A stretch of 32,000 nt of DNA from Phycisphaera mikurensis NBRC 102666. GTDB lineage: Bacteria > Planctomycetota > Phycisphaerae > Phycisphaerales > Phycisphaeraceae. The stretch covers positions 1,950,001 through 1,982,000 of the forward strand of contig NC_017080.1 in NCBI RefSeq assembly GCF_000284115.1, in the 5' to 3' direction. The position numbers were made by a program, and so were the translations under genes. The notes beneath the pieces were generated by a model, which saw nothing but the letters and a program-made list of their open reading frames with translations, was not told where the DNA came from and did no database searches. Below, piece after piece: positions 8,821 to 17,133 of the stretch (the stretch's first letter is position 1; each line of letters opens with the position of its first letter).

Positions 8821-8874
8821 AGCGAAGGTGTCAGGTACATTCAGCGTCCGCTGAATGTACCTGACACCTTCGCT
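8821..8874. repeat. Perfect 54-bp palindrome with 26-bp arms and a 2-nt centre
   Basis: AGCGAAGGTGTCAGGTACATTCAGCG-TC-CGCTGAATGTACCTGACACCTTCGCT. The arms are 14/26 G+C. It starts 7 nt after the cbiX stop and ends 30 nt before the -10 box of the next gene. There is no T-tract. Confidence 0.95.
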
Positions 8875-8903
8875 CGTTCCGCCCCGGGGGCTTCCGGGTT
8901 TCG

Positions 8904-8909
8904 TAGGCT
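8904..8909 (+). promoter_or_regulatory. TANNNT box next to the start codon (leaderless-type) for the molybdopterin oxidoreductase
   Basis: TAGGCT, 5 nt spacer, then ATG at 8915. Confidence 0.4.
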
Positions 8910-8914
8910 CCGGC

Positions 8915-11176
8915 ATGGCCGGAACACACGCACACGCCGGGGGTTGGGGCGCTCTGAAGGGAACCGCGAGGCACGTCGGAGCGCAGAAGGGCAAGCTGCG
9001 CATCGCGTTGTCGATGCTCAAGCTCAACCAGGCCGACGGCTTCGACTGCCCCGGCTGCGCCTGGCCCGACCCGGCCGATCCCGGTGACCGCTCCGCCTTC
9101 GAGTTCTGCGAGAACGGCGCGAAGGCGGTCGCCTGGGAGGCCACGAAGAAGCGCTGCGACCCGGCCTTCTTCGCCAAGCACACCGTCGCCGAGCTGGATA
9201 CCTGGAGCGACCATCAGCTCGAGGCGGTGGGGCGGCTGACGCGGCCGATGCGGTACGACGCGGCGACCGACCGCTACGAGGAGCTGTCCTGGGACGACGC
9301 ATACCGCCGCGTCGGCGGCCGCCTCGCCGGCTTGAGCGATCCCGACCGCGGCGTCTTCTACACCTCCGGCCGCACCTCCAACGAGGCGGCCTTCCTCTAC
9401 CAGCTGCTCGGCCGACGCCTCGGGACGAACAACTTCCCCGACTGCTCGAACATGTGCCACGAGTCTTCCGGCGTGGCCATGGCCGCGTCCATCGGCGTGG
9501 GCAAGGGGACGGTGACGCTGGAGGACTTCGGCCTCGCCGACATGATCCTGGTGATCGGGCAGAACCCCGGGACCAACCACCCGCGCATGCTCACGGAGCT
9601 GGAGAAGGCCAGCCGCCGCGGCTGCTCGATCGTCTCGATCAACCCGATGCGCGAGCGGGCGATGCAGGGCTTCGTCCACCCGCAGCACGCGGTGGCGATG
9701 ACGCTGAACCGGCCGACGCCGATCGCCAGCGAATTCGTGCAGCCGGTGATCGGCGGCGACCTCGCGCTCTTCACCGGGCTGTGCAAGGCGGTGCTGGAGC
9801 TGCCCGAGGGAACGATCGACCGCGGCTTCATCGCCGCGCACACAATCGGTTTCGACGCGTTCGAAGCCGCCGTGAAGGCGGAGCCGTGGGAGGCGCTGGC
9901 GTTCCGCTCCGGCGTCGGCGTCGAGCGCATGCAGGAGCTCGGGCGGCTGTACGCGGGCCGGGAGCGGGTGATCGCCTGCTGGGCGATGGGCCTCACGCAG
10001 CAGCGCGACGCCGTGGCGACGATCCAGATGGTGCTCAACCTCCTGCTGGTGCGCGGCAACCTCGGCAGGCCGGGCGCCGGCGCCTGCCCCGTGCGCGGGC
10101 ACAGCAACGTGCAGGGCGACCGCACGATGGGCATCACCGAGCGGCCGCCGGCGGCGCTGCTCGGGAACCTCCAACGCCGCTTCGGCTTCCAGCCACCCGC
10201 CGAGCACGGGCTCGACGTCGTCGACTCCATCCACGCGATGGAGCGGGGCGAGGTGGACGTCTTCATCGGCCTCGGCGGCAACTTTGTCTCCGCCACGCCC
10301 GACACGGCCCGCACCTCGGCGGCGATGCGGAGAGTCGGCCTGACGGTGCACGTCTCGACGAAGCTCAACCGCTCCCACCTGGTCCACGGCACCGACGCCC
10401 TGATCCTGCCCTGCCTCGGCCGCACCGAGGCCGACGTCACCGCGGCGGGGCCGCAGGCTGTGAGCGTCGAGGACTCGATGTCGATGGTCCACCTCACCCG
10501 CGGGCGCAACCCGCCCGCCGACCCCGACCTGCCCGGCGAGCCGACGCTGGTCAGCCGCATCGCAGCCGCCGCCTTCGGCCCCGGCGATCCCGCGGACTGG
10601 AGCCGGTTCGGCGAGGATTACGCCGCGGTCCGCGACGCCATCGCCGACGTGATCCCGGGCTTCGAGCGCTTCAACCAGCGCCTGGCCGAGAACCCCGGCG
10701 GGTTCTGGCTCGGCAACAGCGCCGCCCGGCTGGAGTTCGAGAACCCCGAGCGGAAGGCCCGCTTCATCGTCGGTGAGACGCGGGCTCCATCCGTGCCCGA
10801 GGGTTGCCTGCGGCTGATGACCCTCCGCAGCCACGACCAGTACAACACCACCGTCTACGGCCTGAACGACCGCTACCGCGGGGTGAGCGGCAAGCGGGAC
10901 GTGCTGTTCGTCAACGCCGAGGACGCCGCGGGGCTCGGGCTCGCCGAGGGGGAGCGGGTGGACGTCCGGCGGGCGGCCGGGCCCGCGGACGGCGAGGCCG
11001 GCGAAGCGGAAATGCCGACGGTCCGCGGCTTCGAGCTCCTCTTCCACGACCTGCCCCGCGGCTGCTGCGCCGGCTACTTCCCCGAGCTCAACGCGCTGGT
11101 CTCCCTCGACTCCGTCGCCGTCGGCAGCAACACCCCCGTGAGCAAGCTGGTTCCGGTGCGGCTCTTCCCGTCCTAA
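8915..11176 (+). CDS. YdeP/FdhF-family molybdopterin oxidoreductase (alpha subunit)
   Basis: The N-terminus GGWGALKG...GFDCPGCAWPDP...FEFCENGAKAVAWEAT...GRLTRPMRYD is collinear with E. coli YdeP. It is Cys-type, with no in-frame TGA. Confidence 0.9.
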   Translation: MAGTHAHAGGWGALKGTARHVGAQKGKLRIALSMLKLNQADGFDCPGCAWPDPADPGDRSAFEFCENGAKAVAWEATKKRCDPAFFAKHTVAELDTWSDHQLEAVGRLTRPMRYDAATDRYEELSWDDAYRRVGGRLAGLSDPDRGVFYTSGRTSNEAAFLYQLLGRRLGTNNFPDCSNMCHESSGVAMAASIGVGKGTVTLEDFGLADMILVIGQNPGTNHPRMLTELEKASRRGCSIVSINPMRERAMQGFVHPQHAVAMTLNRPTPIASEFVQPVIGGDLALFTGLCKAVLELPEGTIDRGFIAAHTIGFDAFEAAVKAEPWEALAFRSGVGVERMQELGRLYAGRERVIACWAMGLTQQRDAVATIQMVLNLLLVRGNLGRPGAGACPVRGHSNVQGDRTMGITERPPAALLGNLQRRFGFQPPAEHGLDVVDSIHAMERGEVDVFIGLGGNFVSATPDTARTSAAMRRVGLTVHVSTKLNRSHLVHGTDALILPCLGRTEADVTAAGPQAVSVEDSMSMVHLTRGRNPPADPDLPGEPTLVSRIAAAAFGPGDPADWSRFGEDYAAVRDAIADVIPGFERFNQRLAENPGGFWLGNSAARLEFENPERKARFIVGETRAPSVPEGCLRLMTLRSHDQYNTTVYGLNDRYRGVSGKRDVLFVNAEDAAGLGLAEGERVDVRRAAGPADGEAGEAEMPTVRGFELLFHDLPRGCCAGYFPELNALVSLDSVAVGSNTPVSKLVPVRLFPS

Positions 11177-11184
11177 GCGCGGCC

Positions 11185-12003
11185 GTGGCCGACGCCCTCA
11201 CCGAGCCCGTCCGCGTCCTCCGCCTCGGGTGCGGCGTCGCCGCCGAGGCCACCGACGCCGTCGCCCGCGAGGAGCCGCTGGAGATCCGCCTCGACAACGA
11301 AGCCGTCGCCGTCACGATGCGGACCCCCGGCCCGCCCGGGAGCGACGAGGAGCTCGCGGCCGGGATGCTGCTGGCCGAGGGACTGATCGACCACCGCGAC
11401 CAGCTCGCGGGCCTCGCTCCCTGCGCCCGCTCCGCTTCCGGCTCGGTCCTCAACGCGTACTCCGCCGCCGGCCACACGCCGGATCGCTCTCGCCTCGCGC
11501 GGCGCGGCCCGGTCGCCGCCTCCTGCGGCGTCTGCGGCAAAGCGAGCATCGAGGCGATCCACCGCTCGATACCGCCGCTGCCGCCCAGCGGCGGGAGCGT
11601 CACCGCCTCCGCGCTCGCCGGTTTCCCCGCCCGCCTCGCCGAGCGGCAGCCCGGCTTCGCCGCCACCGGCGGCGTGCACGCGGCGGGCCTCTTCTTCCCC
11701 GGCGGCGACGCGATCGTCCGCGAGGACGTCGGCCGCCACAACGCCGTCGACCGGGTGCTCGGCCACGCCCTGCTCGACGGCCGCGACAACGCGGACGCGG
11801 TGCTCTTCGAGTCCGGCCGCGTCTCCTTCGAGATCGTCCAGAAGGCCCTCGCCTCCCGTGTCCGCGTCCTGGCCGCTGTTGGCCCGCCCACCTCCCTCGC
11901 CGTCGAGTTCGCGGCCGACAGCGGCATCACCCTCGTCGGCTTCCTGCGCAGAGACCGGATGAACGTCTACACGCACACTCATCGCGTCGAGCCCGCGGGA
12001 TGA
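11185..12003 (+). CDS. fdhD: Formate dehydrogenase accessory sulfurtransferase FdhD
   Basis: EEPLEIRLDN, CGVCGKASIE, GGVHAAGLF, EDVGRHNAVDRVLG and ITLVGFLRRDRMNVYTH are present. The GTG at 11185 is the first start after the upstream stop at 11174-11176, and the exact start is uncertain. Confidence 0.85.
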   Translation: MADALTEPVRVLRLGCGVAAEATDAVAREEPLEIRLDNEAVAVTMRTPGPPGSDEELAAGMLLAEGLIDHRDQLAGLAPCARSASGSVLNAYSAAGHTPDRSRLARRGPVAASCGVCGKASIEAIHRSIPPLPPSGGSVTASALAGFPARLAERQPGFAATGGVHAAGLFFPGGDAIVREDVGRHNAVDRVLGHALLDGRDNADAVLFESGRVSFEIVQKALASRVRVLAAVGPPTSLAVEFAADSGITLVGFLRRDRMNVYTHTHRVEPAG

Positions 12004-12138
12004 GAGCGGCCCCAGCGGGCCGCCGCCGCCCCGGGCCGCGGCCCCCGCGTCCCGCGTGAGGCCGGCCACGAACGACATCCCGAGGCAACGCCGCCGGAGG
12101 CGAGGGATCCGCGGACCGCCCCGGGATCGGCCGCCTCC

Positions 12139-12157
12139 AAGCCGCGGTCCGCGGCTT
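12139..12157. terminator. GC-rich hairpin between the convergent fdhD and SDR genes (weak terminator candidate)
   Basis: AAGCCGCGG-T-CCGCGGCTT lies 5 nt beyond the SDR stop (12162-12164). There is no U-tract on either strand. Confidence 0.25.
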
Positions 12158-12161
12158 CCGC

Positions 12162-13016
12162 TCAGGCCGGGTCCCGCCAGCGCGAGCCGGGATCGAAGCC
12201 GAGCAGGCGGCGGGCCTTCTCGATCGACAGCAGCGTCGCGTTGCCTCCGGCCCCGGCCCGGCGGGGGACGCCGGGGAAGAAGGCGTCGAGCAGCTCGGCG
12301 TTGCCGCTGCGCATCACGGTGTCGGCGTTGGCGATCACGAACACCTCGGCGCCCGTGAATTCGGCCCCGAGCGCCAGCCGCACCGCCTCGGCCGCGTCGC
12401 GGCCGTCGATGTAGCCCCAGAGGTTCCACTTCCGCTTCGCCGGGTCGTCCTCGAAGCCGGCGAAGCGGTCGTAGTCGCCGGGCTCCATCACGTTGCTCAG
12501 GCGGAGACCCACGATCTTCAGCTCCGGGTCCCACCGGCAGAACTGCTCGGCCATCGTCTCGCCGAGCAGCTTCGAGAGGGCGTAGGCCGACTCGGGCCGG
12601 GGCGCCGCGTCCGGACCCAGCGGCACGTGCGGCGGGGGCGTGTCGAAGGGCAGGCCGAGCACCGTCTCGCTGCTCGCCCAGACGATGTTCTTGATGCCCA
12701 GCACCCGGCAGGCCTCGAACACGTTGTAGGTCGAGGCGGTGTTGTTGTGGAACGTCTCGGCGTTGGTGGCCAGGCCCGGGGCGGGGATCGCGGCGAGGTG
12801 CACGACGCCGGCGACGCCGCCGCGGATCCGGCCGTCGACCGACGAGAGGGCGGCGATCGCCTGGCCGAAGTCGCCGAGCTCCGCTCGCACGAACGGCACG
12901 CCGGGATCTCCGGCAGGCGCCGCCCGGTCCACGTTGACCACCTCGTGTCCGTGCGCCCGCAGGTGCTCCACGCACGCCCGCCCCGCCTTTCCGCTGCCGC
13001 CGGTGACGATGATCAT
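12162..13016 (-). CDS. NAD-dependent epimerase/dehydratase (SDR family)
   Basis: The N-terminus is MIIVTGGSGKAGRACVEHL (Rossmann TGGxGxxG). The protein is 284 aa with YALSK (YxxxK). Confidence 0.85.
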   Translation of the reverse strand: MIIVTGGSGKAGRACVEHLRAHGHEVVNVDRAAPAGDPGVPFVRAELGDFGQAIAALSSVDGRIRGGVAGVVHLAAIPAPGLATNAETFHNNTASTYNVFEACRVLGIKNIVWASSETVLGLPFDTPPPHVPLGPDAAPRPESAYALSKLLGETMAEQFCRWDPELKIVGLRLSNVMEPGDYDRFAGFEDDPAKRKWNLWGYIDGRDAAEAVRLALGAEFTGAEVFVIANADTVMRSGNAELLDAFFPGVPRRAGAGGNATLLSIEKARRLLGFDPGSRWRDPA

Positions 13017-13022
13017 GGGCCG

Positions 13023-13028
13023 AGGCTA
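13023..13028 (-). promoter_or_regulatory. TANNNT box next to the start codon (leaderless-type) for the SDR gene
   Basis: The minus strand reads TAGCCT, 6 nt spacer, then ATG (start at 13016). Confidence 0.4.
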
Positions 13029-13188
13029 CGAGCCGCCCGATGCGTGGCGTGCGCGGGAACCGCGGCCTGCGGCCCGCGGGCCGGGCGGCCGCGCAGTTCC
13101 CGAGCGTCTCCGGCTAAGGTCGGCGGCCTCCGCTGCAGCGGGGCCCCTCGCACCCGGAACGCCCGCCCGCCCGCCGGGCAGATCAGCC

Positions 13189-14475
13189 ATGCCGTACGAC
13201 CTGAAGCCGCTGGACGTCGACGCCGAGACGACGCCTTACGTAGACACCGAGGGCTGGGGCGCGGGCGGCGACCGCTGGGCGCTGAACTTCGGGCCCCAGC
13301 ACCCCGCGACGCACACCACGCTTCGCATCGTGATGGAGCTCGACGGCGAGCGCGTCGTCCGCGCGGTGCCGCACATCGGCTACCTGCACTCGGGTTTCGA
13401 GAAGCTGGCCGAGGCGCTGGACTACAACCAGTACGTGACCATCGCGTCGCGGATGAACTACGTCTCGCCGATCGTCAACGACATCTCCTGGCACCACGCC
13501 GCCGAGAAGCTCTTCGACGTCGACATCACCCCGCGCTGCAAGGCCGTCCGGACGATCCTCGGCGAGCTGGGCCGGATCCAGGACCACCTGCTCTGCGTGG
13601 GCGCCTCCGCGCTGGACCTGGGGGCCTTCACCGGCTTCATCTACGGGTTCAACGAACGCGAGGGCATCATGGACGTGATGGACTACCTCGCGGGGCAGAG
13701 GTTCCATCCGGACTGGACCCGCCTGGGCGGGGCCATGGCCGACCTGCCCGACGAGGCCACGTTCATCAAGCTCGTCAAGCGGGTGATCCACGAGCTGCTG
13801 CCCCCGGCGATCGACGACCTCGAGGGTCTGCTTAACAAGAACCGCATCTTCCGCGACCGGACCGAGGGCATCGGCGCCGTGACCCACGACGAAGCCATCG
13901 CGTGGAGCTTGAGCGGCCCGGTCGCCCGCGCCAGCGGCGTGAAGCGCGACGTCCGCAAGGACGAGCCCTACCTCTGCTTCGCTGACAACTGGGACGGCCA
14001 GGGGGCCGAGCCCGTGACCTTCAAGGTCCCGCTGGCGACCACCGGCGACGTCTTCGGCCGCTACCTCGTGCGGCTCGAGGAGATCCGCCAGAGCATCCAC
14101 ATCATCGAGCAGCTGATCGACCGCATCCCCGGCGGACCGATGAACACGTGGGCGGACGGGAAGATGGCCAAGCCGAGCAAGAGCGAGGTCTACGGCAGCA
14201 TCGAGGGCCTCATCGAGCACTTCGAGCTGGTGATGACCAATCGCAAGTGGAAGGCCCCGATCAACGAGACCTACGCCTGCATCGAGAGCCCCAACGGCCA
14301 GCACGGCTTCTACCTCGTCGCCGACGGCGGGCCGACGCCCTGGCGGGCCAAGCACCGACCCTGCTCCTTCGTGCACTTCGCGGCCTTCGGGAAGATGCTC
14401 GAAGGGCACCTGCTGGCGGACGCGGTGGCGATCCTGGGCAGCCTCAACGTGATCGCGGCGGAGCTGGACCGGTGA
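13189..14475 (+). CDS. nuoD: NADH-quinone oxidoreductase subunit D
   Basis: LNFGPQHPATHTTLRIVMELDGE, HIGYLHSGFEKL and the C-terminus SLNVIAAELDR are present. A TAAGGT box at 13115-13120 is a possible -10 element, which would give a leader of roughly 60 nt. Confidence 0.95.
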   Translation: MPYDLKPLDVDAETTPYVDTEGWGAGGDRWALNFGPQHPATHTTLRIVMELDGERVVRAVPHIGYLHSGFEKLAEALDYNQYVTIASRMNYVSPIVNDISWHHAAEKLFDVDITPRCKAVRTILGELGRIQDHLLCVGASALDLGAFTGFIYGFNEREGIMDVMDYLAGQRFHPDWTRLGGAMADLPDEATFIKLVKRVIHELLPPAIDDLEGLLNKNRIFRDRTEGIGAVTHDEAIAWSLSGPVARASGVKRDVRKDEPYLCFADNWDGQGAEPVTFKVPLATTGDVFGRYLVRLEEIRQSIHIIEQLIDRIPGGPMNTWADGKMAKPSKSEVYGSIEGLIEHFELVMTNRKWKAPINETYACIESPNGQHGFYLVADGGPTPWRAKHRPCSFVHFAAFGKMLEGHLLADAVAILGSLNVIAAELDR

Positions 14476-14501
14476 GGGTTGCTGGTCGGTCGGGGTTAGG
14501 T

Positions 14502-14507
14502 TAGGAT
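14502..14507 (+). promoter_or_regulatory. TANNNT box next to the start codon (leaderless-type) for the 83-aa ORF inside the nuo cluster
   Basis: TAGGAT, 6 nt spacer, then ATG at 14514. It sits in a locally AT-richer GGTTAGGTTAGGAT stretch. Confidence 0.4.
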
Positions 14508-14513
14508 CGGAGC

Positions 14514-14765
14514 ATGTCGGGAGTGGACCTCAAGAGCGAGCTGAACAAGCAACCGTTCCAGCCGATCCAGGTCGTGCTCAGCAGCGGCGACCGGCACCCG
14601 ATCCGGCACCCCGAGTTCGCGATCTTCACCGACTACAACTCGGTGTACGTTTTCGATTCCGACAAGAGCCCTCAGGAGGAGCCTCATCCGGACACCCGCG
14701 GGCCAGTGATCCTTAGCATCTCGCAGATCGTCGCGGTGGAGCCTCTCAGCCAGACCGCGGCCTGA
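14514..14765 (+). CDS. Hypothetical 83-aa protein inserted between nuoD and nuoE
   Basis: This is a clean ORF whose composition is not R/P/G-biased (MSGVDLKSELNKQPFQPIQVVLSSGDRHPIRHPEFAIF...). It fills the nuoD-nuoE gap. I recognise no family. Confidence 0.55.
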   Translation: MSGVDLKSELNKQPFQPIQVVLSSGDRHPIRHPEFAIFTDYNSVYVFDSDKSPQEEPHPDTRGPVILSISQIVAVEPLSQTAA

Positions 14766-14797
14766 ATGCACGTTCCTCAGTCCCGCGACGCGAAACC

Positions 14798-15334
14798 ATG
14801 GCCTGGCTAACCAAACCCTCCGGCCGCCAAGCTCTCGAGCGGCGCAGCGAACCGTACCTGTCCGACGGGCTGAAGCAGAAGGTCGAGGAGCGGTACGCCC
14901 ACCGCTACCCGACGCGGCGGGCGATGGCGCTGCCGGTGCTTCACGCGATCCAGCACGAGCACAACTGGCTGCCCTACCAGGCGATCGAGGAGGCGGCGGA
15001 GTTCCTCGAGATCCAGCCCTCGGAGCTGCTCGACACGGCCACCTTCTACGAGGAGTTTTTCACGCAGCCGCGCGGCAAGCACACGGTGTGGGTGTGCCAG
15101 TCGGTGAGCTGCGAGGTGATGGGCGAGGCGGCGATCACCGAGTCGATCGCCGACGCCCTGAACATCGACCCCGGCGAGACCACCGACGACGACCAGGTGA
15201 CGCTGCTGAAGGTCGAGTGCATTGGCGCCTGCGGCGCCGCCCCGGTCGCGCTCGTCGACGAGGAGCTGCACGAGAACCTCACCCCCGCGTCCGCCGCGGA
15301 GCTTGCCCGCGGACTCGCGAAGAAGGGCGATTGA
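14798..15334 (+). CDS. nuoE: NADH-quinone oxidoreductase subunit E
   Basis: ALPVLHAIQHEHNWLP, VWVCQSVSCEVMG and VECIGACGAAPV supply the 2Fe-2S Cys ligands. Confidence 0.95.
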   Translation: MAWLTKPSGRQALERRSEPYLSDGLKQKVEERYAHRYPTRRAMALPVLHAIQHEHNWLPYQAIEEAAEFLEIQPSELLDTATFYEEFFTQPRGKHTVWVCQSVSCEVMGEAAITESIADALNIDPGETTDDDQVTLLKVECIGACGAAPVALVDEELHENLTPASAAELARGLAKKGD

Positions 15335-15336
15335 GC

Positions 15337-15546
15337 GTGGCACCGCCGCCGCGCACCGGTTGGTTCCAGAAGCTCTGCCGCCAGGCCGGCCTCGCCATCC
15401 ACCACGCGACCACCCCGACGGAGAAGGCGGACGAACAGCCGAAGGTCCTGTTGCGACGCACCACGATCATCGAGGAGGTGGAGGTTCCGGCGGCTACGGT
15501 GGATGAAGAGGTTGAATTGCCTGGCCGCCGCTCGGTGCGGATGTGA
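15337..15546 (+). CDS. Possible small protein (69 aa) directly after nuoE
   Basis: The GTG at 15337 lies 2 nt after the nuoE stop. Third codon positions are mostly G/C, as in the real genes here. The sequence is VAPPPRTGWFQKLCRQAGLAIHH...TTIIEEVEVP. I recognise no family. Confidence 0.35.
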   Translation: MAPPPRTGWFQKLCRQAGLAIHHATTPTEKADEQPKVLLRRTTIIEEVEVPAATVDEEVELPGRRSVRM

Positions 15547-15553
15547 GAGTCAG

Positions 15554-15580
15554 CGGGTTCTCCGTTGGGGGTTGAACCCG
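15554..15580 (+). terminator. Hairpin upstream of the ATPase module (possible end of the nuoE transcript)
   Basis: CGGGTTC (15554-15560) pairs with GAACCCG (15574-15580) across a 13-nt loop. There is no U-tract. Confidence 0.25.
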
Positions 15581-15583
15581 AGG

Positions 15584-15589
15584 TACGCT
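15584..15589 (+). promoter_or_regulatory. TANNNT -10-like box; candidate own promoter of the ATPase/DUF4276-like pair
   Basis: TACGCT lies 41 nt upstream of the ATG at 15631, immediately after the hairpin. Confidence 0.3.
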
Positions 15590-15630
15590 CAGCAGCGCTG
15601 CGGTTTCAATTCCTCCGGCCCTGCTGCGCC

Positions 15631-17133
15631 ATGCTCCTTCGCCTTGAGATCGACGGTTTCGAAAACCTACACGGCGTGGATCTGCGTTTTGGTCCATTCT
15701 CTTGCATCGCCGGTGGGAACGGCGTGGGCAAATCCAACGTCTTCGACGCGGTCCTCTTCCTGGGTCTGCTCGCCCGGAAGCCGCTGGCTGAAGCGGCTGC
15801 CTCCGTCCGCAATATCGTCGGTCGCCGCGGAGACGCTTCGGGCTTGTTCCGCAAGCGGAGCGACGGCGGTGTTGAGCCGATGCGGCTTGCTGCGACGGTG
15901 TTGGTGGCACCCAGGGGTCGCGACGAACTGATGCAGGAGGTGGAGGCAAGCAGCACCTTGCTGCGGTACCAGCTCGACCTCAGGCTGCGGGATGAGGCCA
16001 CCGAGTCCGGTCCGATCGAGATCCTCGGGGAGTCGCTGGAGCAGATCAACAAGGGCAAGGCCGCCGCAGCGATCGCGTTCCCACACTCCGCCAGCGTCTG
16101 GCGGGAACCGCTGGTGGTTTCCAAGCGGCGCTCACCCAACGGGTTCTTGCGAACCGAGGTTGACGCCGATGGCCGGCGGACCATCTGGATTGGACAAGAC
16201 GGCAACGCCGGCCGCCCCCAGCAACGGCTGGCTGAGCCGCTGCCGCGGACGGTGCTATCCACCGTCAACGCCGCCAATAGCCCCACGGGGGTGCTTGCGC
16301 AATCGGAGATGTCGAGTTGGAGCGTTCTACAATTTGAGCCCACCGCCCTGCGTAGCCCCGATGGCTTTCACGACCCATCGCGGATCGGGCCCGACGGGGC
16401 TCACGTGCCCGCGACGCTGCACCGCCTCCTGCACGCCGCCGGCGACCGGGAGCATCGCGAGGCCGTCCGGCAGCGAATCATCAATCGGCTACGCGGGCTG
16501 GTGCAGACCGTGGAGCGGCTGGACGTGGACCGTGATGAGAAGCGGGAGTTGCTCACGCTGATGGGCACCATGCGCGATGGGACTGCCTTCTCGGCACGCG
16601 CCCTCTCCGATGGCACCCTCCGCTTCTTGGCCCTGGCTGTGCTCGAAGAGGCTTCGCAGGACGGCGTCTTCTGCCTGGAGGAACCTGAGAACGGCGTCTT
16701 CCCGGACCAGATCCCGAGGATGATCGAGCTCTTGCAGGACATCGCCTTGGATCCAAACGAAGCCCCAGGCGACGATAACCCCCTGCGGCAGGTGATCATC
16801 AATATCCATTCGCCCTCGGTTGTCGCTCAGATCCCTGACAGTGCGTTGATCCTCGCGCAGGCGGTCGATCCGATGCTCACGCAGGCCGATCCTGCCGTCG
16901 GAGACGTCCGCTTCCTCGGCCTCAGCGACACGTGGCGTACCAAGCGTGGCGGACCCACCATGCGTAGAGCCGACCTTGCCGCGTACCTGGACCCCCTGGG
17001 GCACGCTCCCGACGCCCGAGACTTCGCACCCGCCGGCGCCAAGCCGATCCGCCGCGTGCGGGACAGGGAAGACCTCCAGCAGATGTACCTCTTTTCGGGC
17101 GGTGGCGCGAGCGAGAGCGGCGGCCCGGCGTGA
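15631..17133 (+). CDS. OLD/ABC-type (AAA_15/AAA_21-like) ATPase, 500 aa
   Basis: The N-terminus is MLLRLEIDGFENL. Walker A GGNGVGKS is at nt 15712-15735. LSDGTLRFLALAVLE starts at nt 16603. Walker B/D-loop VFCLEEPENGVFP starts at nt 16666. The H-loop is IINIHSPS, with His at 16807-16809. Confidence 0.85.
   Translation: MLLRLEIDGFENLHGVDLRFGPFSCIAGGNGVGKSNVFDAVLFLGLLARKPLAEAAASVRNIVGRRGDASGLFRKRSDGGVEPMRLAATVLVAPRGRDELMQEVEASSTLLRYQLDLRLRDEATESGPIEILGESLEQINKGKAAAAIAFPHSASVWREPLVVSKRRSPNGFLRTEVDADGRRTIWIGQDGNAGRPQQRLAEPLPRTVLSTVNAANSPTGVLAQSEMSSWSVLQFEPTALRSPDGFHDPSRIGPDGAHVPATLHRLLHAAGDREHREAVRQRIINRLRGLVQTVERLDVDRDEKRELLTLMGTMRDGTAFSARALSDGTLRFLALAVLEEASQDGVFCLEEPENGVFPDQIPRMIELLQDIALDPNEAPGDDNPLRQVIINIHSPSVVAQIPDSALILAQAVDPMLTQADPAVGDVRFLGLSDTWRTKRGGPTMRRADLAAYLDPLGHAPDARDFAPAGAKPIRRVRDREDLQQMYLFSGGGASESGGPA

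Noticed and set aside
8915-11176. Possible selenocysteine (in-frame TGA) in the FdhF-like oxidoreductase.
   Set aside because: The ORF is uninterrupted. YdeP-type enzymes are Cys-type, and I saw no SECIS-like context.
15565-15630. The upstream start (15565) of the ATPase ORF in the six-frame track.
   Set aside because: ATPases of this class begin with the M.L..L.I.NF beta-strand directly before Walker A. MLLRLEIDGFENL starts at 15631, and the 22 extra residues are R/C/P-rich.
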